Part shown: piece after piece, positions 57,301-64,000 of the stretch
Layout: every line of letters starts with the position of its first letter
How positions within the stretch are numbered: the first letter of the stretch is position 1
IMG/VR virus record: IMGVR_UViG_3300028175_000001
Reading direction: 5' to 3' (one strand)
Origin: a virus
Taxonomy: Duplodnaviria > Caudoviricetes
DNA: 64,000 nucleotides
Notes under the pieces: model-generated
The model's database searches: none
What the model was told of the DNA's origin: nothing
What the model saw: only the letters and a program-made list of their open reading frames with translations
Position numbers and translations under genes: made by a program

Positions 57301-58278
57301 TGGAATAGAAAAAGTGTCTGAAGTAATTTCTGTTATTGTATATTCACCTATAGTGACTGCATTTCCACTTACGACATCGTAAATTTCGATTTTATCATTA
57401 TCAATTAGGTGATGATTTATGCTAGTTATCACTATAGGATTTGTAGCAGTATAAGTCACATTCATGTTATACGAATCAGGCTCTAATTGATATGTTAATT
57501 TCGTCCCATCTATAGATTGAATTTTTAAAACAGTTGATGCAGAAATTGTTCCATTTGCCCGATATAACCTCATATCATCCCCGCTCTCAAATTGTGGATG
57601 AGCATCGTTTGCTGAGACAGGACCTATTTCAGTTCCAAGCAATGAAGCAGGTTCAACTTGCATTGAAAATCCGTTATAATAATCGTTTGTAGTCACAAAA
57701 CTCATTGTATTATCAGTAACAAACCCCTTTTCAGTATTATAACTAATTTTTGATCCAGTCCAGTCAACTAAAGCATCATTATCTATTTTTAAAAAATAAG
57801 TGGTATTAGAAGAAAGATTTGCTTTTGGGGTAAATTCATAAGTTATATTATCATCTGTTTTTGCAAGAGAAGACATTTCTACAAATTCGTCAATTGCAAT
57901 GTTAGTATATGCGGTTTCTGGTAAAGAAGTCAATTTTAAGGATTGTAGATTATTGTCATCAGCAACATTTCCGGTAGTTCCAGTGACAACATGCGTTAGA
58001 CCAATAGTTCCTATTACATTTTGATAAGCAACAGGTAATTCAATATCTTTATTAAATGTTTTGACAGAACTATTATCAACTTCTTGTGTAAACTTTATAG
58101 AAATTTTATTATCGATATCAGTAAAAATAGAACCGTTTTTTAAATCATCATTAGAATAATAATCCACGCCAGAAATACCAGATGTTCCAGCATATTCATA
58201 TATTCCCGAATCACCAGCACTTCCGCTTGATGAATAAGTTGTATAAGTTCCTGTTCTAGAAATTGCATTGTTAGACAT
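54346..58278 (-). CDS. Large Ig-like (Big_5-type) repeat virion protein
   Basis: Five recurring motifs ISIKFTQEVD, IFINFSQSMN, LVIQFSESMN, IYTFNQTMD, IIIHFNEVPD, most followed by a P-x3-L-x4-Y-x-L/I-like end; two H-x-L-x2-G/N-D modules. Confidence 0.65.
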   Translation of the reverse strand: MSNNAISRTGTYTTYSSSGSAGDSGIYEYAGTSGISGVDYYSNDDLKNGSIFTDIDNKISIKFTQEVDNSSVKTFNKDIELPVAYQNVIGTIGLTHVVTGTTGNVADDNNLQSLKLTSLPETAYTNIAIDEFVEMSSLAKTDDNITYEFTPKANLSSNTTYFLKIDNDALVDWTGSKISYNTEKGFVTDNTMSFVTTNDYYNGFSMQVEPASLLGTEIGPVSANDAHPQFESGDDMRLYRANGTISASTVLKIQSIDGTKLTYQLEPDSYNMNVTYTATNPIVITSINHHLIDNDKIEIYDVVSGNAVTIGEYTITEITSDTFSIPVDGRASDAGGLNYYRNVNKNDLLMWSKSANSASNTYTIRKKSLSVSQKNSINGLDNLMNKTFYTIKDSGPTSSSAKGNLIKFNNSTLSYVPIDSEAKITTDSFVNNSIVDISTSLTQNTYTRFHIKANTSPEHNVHPFHSSAPKVISTFPENGGSFPRKLTITQITRKGAIALVSTNHPHNLSTGSFIKIVGSTQSIYNTTKTVLYVPSSNTFQYDMGSTSNFSGVQSPAPGNPKLQISNDNGATYDERFNSIFINFSQSMNTSTIIVANSTHLISANGSTGDFVTSNSWAYLQDSSSSTIQLSDSGFEDIESCVSIVASAGNSVFAVIPEILKREHRYKIKATTSIQDLGKTNSLYEFTTTEGIATGLVVRDPITGKEVIYSKDEDPPEIKKIFGSSDFGASGFAGKVFESGTLSEITSPDDYQSVPINFNGESLVIQFSESMNINSITSATTSTVPTGTVQLSSDNYNTVVQMSSIPRVSSTDEDNDTFKFTPVANLSANTVYTLKVFKSVRDSSQEGNQMIADNVSSIKTFSIESNPPSSADYFVPGEIISGIITLTIKSNTGTITTGLTAGDTFLGTTSKGYGQILDAIEVDSAITSIRYTELPGQDGSIKSLVPGEECKVNSSVNFTIDNVAITDPAEGNVVSFTSGTKRILYRDNKKDNEFLAGTSSIERIVGRTSNGYAWTGSAGTAGLVGAGFKTASTAIVANVFFTNTDGSLVSTSGSIKNSINVQSNVIYTFNQTMDDESINFNAVDSAVRSGYNILLSYDSGFQNTIPLSTSFITSNNETVFEFQPAILSNTSLNLTQNKNLYAKVTQTAKNKGDMNLQNAFSTTLYYANTATNIDFKAVNASVYTADGQEIELEVGSALAVNMPSQSSVISKSTPIIIHFNEVPDVTSFALNSEIELGTAHDFSPGTTIAIGNGTLTPCGKFGTQIKIQLGASLSAGTRYFLRVGSTVGGTNEGGKSLTTNVTWFNSFTTAA

Positions 58279-61200
58279 TAAACCAATTCCCCAAATTCTA
58301 CAGTTACAGGATGTATATCAAAGCCAATATTCAACATTTTTTTTTCTCTTAATGATTGTCCTTCGAGATTGGTGATACCCCGTTGAACTAAAATTTTATA
58401 TTTTTCATTAGATCTTGTCAATGGGACTTTTGATTTTAAATCCACATTAAAAAATTGCTGTTTAAATTTACCAGTTTCTTCATCAGCATGAGCATCTCCT
58501 TCAATACTAGTTTTTGGTTGTTGATCAAATTGATGAAAAGATGTGTCGTCAGAAAACGAAACAGCTTTGGAAACCAACGATAAAGACGATGTTCCTTGAT
58601 ATAATACAACCGTATCATTTTCTGTAGGGGCATTCGCAAAAATAAAATTACCCATTTGTATTTTTGGAGAAAAATCTACAGTTTTTTCCATTTGTTTATT
58701 GATCGCATTTCTAGCAGATTTGTCTAATTTATAAGCATCGTTTGTAAATTTAATTCTTATAATTCCATCATCATCTATTCTTCCCAAGTTCTCTATTTCA
58801 ACCCAATTACCGTCGCTGTCTTGTCCTTGTATTTCTTTTACATAAGGTGCTATTTTTTGAGCAATACTATCTTCTCCATCATATAAATTAGCAAGAAATC
58901 CTTGCCCAAGAGTTGCCAGTCCATTAAAATTGTTCATAAACTTATCAAATTTTAATATATCAGGACCCTGAGCAAAAAACACAATAGCACCAGAATATTT
59001 TAAATTATCAAGCTCACTTAAGCTTTTAGGGATTCCGTCGGGTTCTATTTCATCATCAGACTTTACTCCTGGTTTTAAAACTTGTCTTTTCACCGTTTTA
59101 TTTAATCCAGTAAAAGGGTCTTGTATTGTGGCATCTATTTCTATTGTTTCAAGACTTATCTCTCGTACTTTATTTTTAGCAGTCTGCAATGCTTTTAACT
59201 TTCCTAGTTTCTCTTTAAAATCACTAACACCATCACCATTAAACATAACAGAATAAAGACCAGCCGCATTTAATCCCTTAGAGAAAAATGCGATCAATTG
59301 TTGAATTTGATCATTTAATCTTTGTATTGCTATTATTTGTCTTTCTAAAAATGCTATGTACTCATCTAATTTTTTGGATATACTTTCAACTTGTTTTTTA
59401 AAACCCTTTACCATGCCAATTGCTTCTTGTATAGTTGCACCGTATGCTGGAAATAAATCTGATACTCTTAAATATTTCCAATTAGGCGAAATATTTTTAT
59501 TAGACGAAGAAATTTGAAACGGTTGATTGGGAGGACCATTACTATCAGCTTCCGAGGGTATTCTTGTTTTCCAAGAATAAACTACACCATTTGGTGGAGA
59601 TATAGCCCCTTTCATATCAAAATTTAAAAAAGCAGTATCATATGTCCCATCATAATCTAAAATTCCTAATTCAATTTCAAGCGTATTCATTCCGATGGGT
59701 CTGGGCGATGCTTGAGAATGTGCTTTATCTGAATAAATAAATAGTTTATGTCTTGTTAAGTCATCCAAGCTTTCAATAGACTCCCCACCAACTTTAATAT
59801 TAGCAACTCGCCACTGCACATTCAATGACGGAATTATATCTAATAATTTACCGTGATTAAATTGAAACGCACTACCCGTTAATTTAGACTCATTATAAAT
59901 ATTTAAATTTCTATCGGAGGCGTCAAACGGTTGCAAATATTGATGATCAATTATCGATCCTTTTTTAAGATAACGTAAAAAATTAAGATAAGAATCTATG
60001 ACACTTGAACTATTATTACCTTCTAATAAAATATTAAGTCCTTTTTCAAAACCGCCTGCAGACTCACACTCATTTCTAATTCGATTTCCCCATGTTCCAG
60101 AAGGTATAATTTCTGTTAAAATGGGACTACCTTCTTTAATTGTCCCGAAAAAAGATCCAGTTGCTACTGAAATCGGTTTTTCTAATGTATCTGTTCTAAA
60201 AATTGCATAATTTTCAGGAGCAATAAATTTACTTGAAATCGCTCGAACAATTGGTATTGTTGCGGAATTAAGAGGTTTATGGTTTGTTTTTTGTAGTTCA
60301 CCTCTAACATTTTTCACCTTAACATTATTTTGTATAACCATACCATTTAAAATAACTATTGGTAGATGTTCAATAACTTCAGCAGAAAAATTGGTAAATC
60401 CTAATATTCCACCCTCTTGAATAATTTTATCTCCTGGTTTAAACATGGGCAGTTTATACTTACGGTGAGTTTTATGTATTCCGTTTTTATATGTCCCATC
60501 TTTAAGATCTGTTCTTGGTTTAAAATCCGCAAGTTCATAGAACCACTCTTCTGGACTTTGTAAAAATCCAAGGTCTTTTCCTGAAGCCCTTTTTATTGCA
60601 TTATCAGTTCCTGTTGGTTTATAAAGCGATTCTCCTAATGAAATAGTCATTTTTGTATCATCTGGCTGGACTAAAAACGCGGACTGAGCCAGTTCATCTC
60701 CTAGGGTAGAACCAAAATAATCCACAAACGATTGTATAATTTGAATTACATCATTAATTGTTGGAAGAGTAAACATAATCATAAATGCTTTATATGGACC
60801 AGACCCAGTTGGTCTATTGCTATCTGGATTAGATCCTGATAAAGATTCTATTATTTTATTTACACAATCTTTTGGAGTTAATTCTTTAAGGATTGCATTT
60901 TTTTGAGTAGCATCAATTGTAGCAAAAAGCGCATCTTTAGCTCCTTCAACAATTTGTCCAGTCACCGATTGTGTTATGGATCCGGGATCTGTAAACCCAG
61001 TTAAAAATGCATTTTTCTGTCTTTCGGCTGTCGCCGCGGCAGTATCAGTATAAAAAACAGAAGAACCTTTCCAGGATTCTGGATGAAAAAAATTACGAAT
61101 ACCCATCAACGAATCATAAATCAAAGCCCTTGACAGACCAGAACCATCATTTTTGGCATCAATCAATGCTTGATCAGGTGTAAGTAAAGTTTCTCCGTTT

Positions 61201-61625
61201 TGCGTTTTTACAAACAAACCCGATTCACTATAACCAAGATTTTGAGCATCTTGTCCATGCAGAGCGGCGACAAGACCAAGAACTGCTTCGTCTAATTTAG
61301 AAGTATTCAATGATGGAGGATATGTTCCATCTTTCCACGGCCAAACAGAAACACTACCAAAACCCAAACCATCCAATTCTTCAAGTGCTTCTATTAGAGC
61401 ATCAATGGTTTCAATTAAAGCCGCAGTAAGAGGATTTTTAAATGCCTGCAAAAACATTTTTGTTGTTTGAAAAAACTGAATTAACGTCTCTGAAATTCTT
61501 GAAAATTCAGCACCAAATGCAGATAGCCCCTTTAAAAATTCATTTAAAGCATCACCCGCAGATCCACCAAAAGGCGAGCCCTCCATTTGTTTTAGAACAT
61601 TATCTTCAGGATTTGACTCAGCCAC
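58278..61625 (-). CDS. Large hypothetical baseplate-region protein
   Basis: 1115 aa, GTG start overlapping the upstream stop; helical and coiled-coil segments; Ig-like C-terminal end. Confidence 0.65.
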   Translation of the reverse strand: MAESNPEDNVLKQMEGSPFGGSAGDALNEFLKGLSAFGAEFSRISETLIQFFQTTKMFLQAFKNPLTAALIETIDALIEALEELDGLGFGSVSVWPWKDGTYPPSLNTSKLDEAVLGLVAALHGQDAQNLGYSESGLFVKTQNGETLLTPDQALIDAKNDGSGLSRALIYDSLMGIRNFFHPESWKGSSVFYTDTAAATAERQKNAFLTGFTDPGSITQSVTGQIVEGAKDALFATIDATQKNAILKELTPKDCVNKIIESLSGSNPDSNRPTGSGPYKAFMIMFTLPTINDVIQIIQSFVDYFGSTLGDELAQSAFLVQPDDTKMTISLGESLYKPTGTDNAIKRASGKDLGFLQSPEEWFYELADFKPRTDLKDGTYKNGIHKTHRKYKLPMFKPGDKIIQEGGILGFTNFSAEVIEHLPIVILNGMVIQNNVKVKNVRGELQKTNHKPLNSATIPIVRAISSKFIAPENYAIFRTDTLEKPISVATGSFFGTIKEGSPILTEIIPSGTWGNRIRNECESAGGFEKGLNILLEGNNSSSVIDSYLNFLRYLKKGSIIDHQYLQPFDASDRNLNIYNESKLTGSAFQFNHGKLLDIIPSLNVQWRVANIKVGGESIESLDDLTRHKLFIYSDKAHSQASPRPIGMNTLEIELGILDYDGTYDTAFLNFDMKGAISPPNGVVYSWKTRIPSEADSNGPPNQPFQISSSNKNISPNWKYLRVSDLFPAYGATIQEAIGMVKGFKKQVESISKKLDEYIAFLERQIIAIQRLNDQIQQLIAFFSKGLNAAGLYSVMFNGDGVSDFKEKLGKLKALQTAKNKVREISLETIEIDATIQDPFTGLNKTVKRQVLKPGVKSDDEIEPDGIPKSLSELDNLKYSGAIVFFAQGPDILKFDKFMNNFNGLATLGQGFLANLYDGEDSIAQKIAPYVKEIQGQDSDGNWVEIENLGRIDDDGIIRIKFTNDAYKLDKSARNAINKQMEKTVDFSPKIQMGNFIFANAPTENDTVVLYQGTSSLSLVSKAVSFSDDTSFHQFDQQPKTSIEGDAHADEETGKFKQQFFNVDLKSKVPLTRSNEKYKILVQRGITNLEGQSLREKKMLNIGFDIHPVTVEFGELV

Positions 61626-61791
61626 CGGTCTCCATTTCTTCTAATTGTTGTTTTTTTGCAATATCTAACTGATTTTTTAAAAATGATACATAATCATCAT
61701 TAAAGTTTTTAACTTTACCCAAAAGGTCTATCATATTACCGTTAATTATTGGCTGTTGTTCTAAAACAATTTCTTCGTCTTTTTTATTCAT
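61618..61791 (-). CDS. Small unannotated ORF (57 aa)
   Basis: Translated by hand: MNKKDEEIVLEQQPIINGNMIDLLGKVKNFNDDYVSFLKNQLDIAKKQQLEEMETGG*; ATGA overlap with the gp5 stop; TGA overlaps the next GTG. Confidence 0.65.
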   Translation of the reverse strand: MNKKDEEIVLEQQPIINGNMIDLLGKVKNFNDDYVSFLKNQLDIAKKQQLEEMETGG

Positions 61792-63815
61792 GATTGAAAC
61801 ACCTTGTCTATTTCTGCATCAAATCCAACAAATTCACTCATATTTGTTGCCACGCCACTCGGACCAGACGGGGTTGGAAAAGTCATATTTTGTAATGCTG
61901 TTGATAATTTTTTTAATAAAGTATGAATATCAGATCCCATTCCTTTTATAGAAATAAGTCCTGAGCTATCCATTTTAATATTAGCTACTTTATTTTTAAT
62001 TTCTATATCTGTACTAGCATCAACAGAAAATTTTGTTCCTGCTTTTAGTTCAATTTTTCCTAGAGTGGCATTTACAGAAATATCACCTAACGTAGTACTA
62101 ACCGCCATTCCATTTCCATTTAATTTTAAAGATGATGATATTCCTCCAGGTCCACTATTTAATATAACACCCCCCACACCGCTTGTTGGATTTTGAGATT
62201 CAATAATAATCGATTTACCTACACATACTTTCTTCATACCTGGACCAAATATACCCTTTACGATTTCATTTGAACTTCCTTCTATTGTCATTTCATGATC
62301 CATCGCTATATTCGTTTTAGAACTTCCTGAAATAGCCTGTTCATGACCCTTGGCAGTTAATTTAAAATCTCCAAATTCTTGTATCATGCTTTCACCAACC
62401 AGAGTAGTTGGCGCTGACTTATCACCAGCCAATGTTCCCATTTGCTGTAATTGAAAGTTAGATTGTCCTTTAGCTGTTCCTATGATTGTAAGATTTCGTG
62501 CTTTAATAGTCATTTCACCGTCTTTTAAATCAATATTATAATTTCCTTTAGTGACTTCCATGTTTACATCACCATCACCATCGAACAGTAAATGATTGCT
62601 TCCACCACTTCTAGAATTATAAACATGATTCATTGATCCTTCAACATGTTTTATTTCATCTCCATAAACATGTGAATGAACATCTGAATCACAAAGAAAA
62701 TACGATTTACCAACAGTATTATCGACTCTAGAACCGTCGGGTAAAAATTCAAGAAAACTTTGAGTCCTATGTAATATTCTAACTCTCTCGCCACCCGGAG
62801 AATCGTCTAATTCAAATAAATGGCCACTTTCAGTATATGTAACATGATTATATGGATATTCAGGATTAAACCTGCTTGAAGGTAAAGACCAAGGAGCCCC
62901 GATAGCTTTTCTAATACCCGTATGCAAACTTATTTGAGTCGCACTTAAACTTCCTGCTATTCTATGAACAGCCATTTCAATTTGAGATTGAGGATGTGAA
63001 GTAGAAACCGGATCCCAGAGTTGTTGATCATACTGTTCAACAAACTTTTCTCTATTTAATCCTAATAAATTTGTTGAAGGCAACGACATAGCGGGAATAC
63101 CATTCCTATCAAATATTATTCTATTTTCATCAGGATTCCTAGAAAAAATCTGAGAAGTCAACAATGGAGGGTTGTTTTTTTTATCAGGTAAACTAGCAAT
63201 GGATCCGGGAGATCCAGCACCTGAACGTTTAAAAATATTTGCTTGAATTTTCGACTCATCTTCATTTTTTCCGAACCAAATCCTTCCACCTTTCATTGGT
63301 GTTTCCCCTACGAAATCATAATGTTCTTCTTGAGCGAAACCCTGACTATGTTCTATAACTTTTGCTGAAATTCCTGAAACAAATCTATCGATATAAAGAG
63401 GTGGATAGGGGGCATTACGCCTTTCCCAAATGGTTCTAGAATCATTAAACCCTCTATCAGGATTTGCAATATTTTCAGGAATTCCACCAGATGTCCCTAA
63501 AACAACTGGTTCTTGGGCGGCTCGACCATCTCTAAAAAAACCAAATACGTGAGTACCTTCTACTAATCCAGTAGGAGTAGTACCAATTCCAGATATTGCC
63601 GCTGATGTTATTGGCTGAATAATATCTGCCCAAGGTAAATCGCCTGTAGGTATTAATGTTTTATCATCTGTATGAAATCCAATACACCTTACTTTAACTC
63701 TACCAAGAAAAAGAGGATCTTTTCTATTTTCAACAACACCATAAAACCAGACAAACCCATCTGTTCCCATAAAATCTTTTATGTCATTATCGTTTAAAAA
63801 AGTTGAACTATTCAT
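61788..63815 (-). CDS. gp5: Baseplate hub/spike protein (OB-fold + beta-helix)
   Basis: GFVWFYGVVENRKDPLFLGRVKVRCIGFH...LPWA, YPYNHVTYTESGHLFELDDSPGGERV; no T4 lysozyme motif recognised. Confidence 0.92.
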   Translation of the reverse strand: MNSSTFLNDNDIKDFMGTDGFVWFYGVVENRKDPLFLGRVKVRCIGFHTDDKTLIPTGDLPWADIIQPITSAAISGIGTTPTGLVEGTHVFGFFRDGRAAQEPVVLGTSGGIPENIANPDRGFNDSRTIWERRNAPYPPLYIDRFVSGISAKVIEHSQGFAQEEHYDFVGETPMKGGRIWFGKNEDESKIQANIFKRSGAGSPGSIASLPDKKNNPPLLTSQIFSRNPDENRIIFDRNGIPAMSLPSTNLLGLNREKFVEQYDQQLWDPVSTSHPQSQIEMAVHRIAGSLSATQISLHTGIRKAIGAPWSLPSSRFNPEYPYNHVTYTESGHLFELDDSPGGERVRILHRTQSFLEFLPDGSRVDNTVGKSYFLCDSDVHSHVYGDEIKHVEGSMNHVYNSRSGGSNHLLFDGDGDVNMEVTKGNYNIDLKDGEMTIKARNLTIIGTAKGQSNFQLQQMGTLAGDKSAPTTLVGESMIQEFGDFKLTAKGHEQAISGSSKTNIAMDHEMTIEGSSNEIVKGIFGPGMKKVCVGKSIIIESQNPTSGVGGVILNSGPGGISSSLKLNGNGMAVSTTLGDISVNATLGKIELKAGTKFSVDASTDIEIKNKVANIKMDSSGLISIKGMGSDIHTLLKKLSTALQNMTFPTPSGPSGVATNMSEFVGFDAEIDKVFQS

Positions 63816-64000
63816 GCGACACCTCCAACGTCGATGCCTAAATCTATTCCATCCATGATAAATTGATCATCTTCTGTGATATTCAATTCCCGAGAAATCG
63901 TACCTCTTTCAAAAGAGGTGCCTCGTGTATTGTCAAGTTTAGAAAACAATGTATCTTTTGCTAATTCCATTGTTGTCAAATAACTGTTACCGTGTATTAT
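63812..64000 (-). CDS. 3' end of the gene upstream of gp5 (partial)
   Basis: 63 open codons IIHGNSYLTTMELAKDTLF...GGVA*, with TGA overlapping the gp5 ATG. Confidence 0.6.
   Translation of the reverse strand: MIHGNSYLTTMELAKDTLFSKLDNTRGTSFERGTISRELNITEDDQFIMDGIDLGIDVGGVA

Noticed and set aside
36919-61672. Short antisense or alternative-frame ORFs inside structural genes (e.g. 38133..38525, 50277..50621, 54224..54565)
   Set aside because: Typical shadows of Ser/Thr/Gly/Ala-rich coding sequence on the opposite strand; no independent support.
1-64000. Genome-wide stop-codon reassignment (TGA or TAG)
   Set aside because: Conserved genes are full length in the standard code, and TGA/TAG stops repeatedly coincide with ATGA- or TAGTG-type gene overlaps. 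Any readthrough at 20854 would be local.

Overview
AT-rich segment of a large T4-like (myovirus) phage genome, nearly all on the minus strand. It covers the virion morphogenesis region: gp5, baseplate gp25/gp6/gp7/gp8, a DUF4815-type structural protein, a fibre, neck gp13/gp14, gp15, terminase gp16/gp17, sheath gp18, tube gp19, portal gp20, prohead core genes and protease gp21. The striking feature is a ~22.5 kb block of about 27 co-oriented, overlapping or abutting genes inserted between the portal gene and the prohead core genes. It reads as a two-part biosynthetic gene cluster. One part is a lipid/polyketide module: type III PKS, ACP, AcpS-type PPTase, SDR, three membrane desaturases, a Rieske oxygenase, and TauD-, IPNS- and AspH-type Fe/2OG oxygenases. 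The other is a RiPP-like module: three radical SAM enzymes beside a protein with 12 tandem C-[ND]-C-[ND]-[FH]-C-P heptads. Two TYW3-like 'SCEGH' paralogs, a 1298-aa collagen plus Ser/Ala/Thr-Gly fibre, and a hidden 59-codon frame behind the fibre's TGA stop complete the block. T4-type late promoter motifs flank the block and several sit 3-5 nt before start codons. All family assignments come from motifs read by eye, with no database search. No rRNA, tRNA or CRISPR array was recognised.
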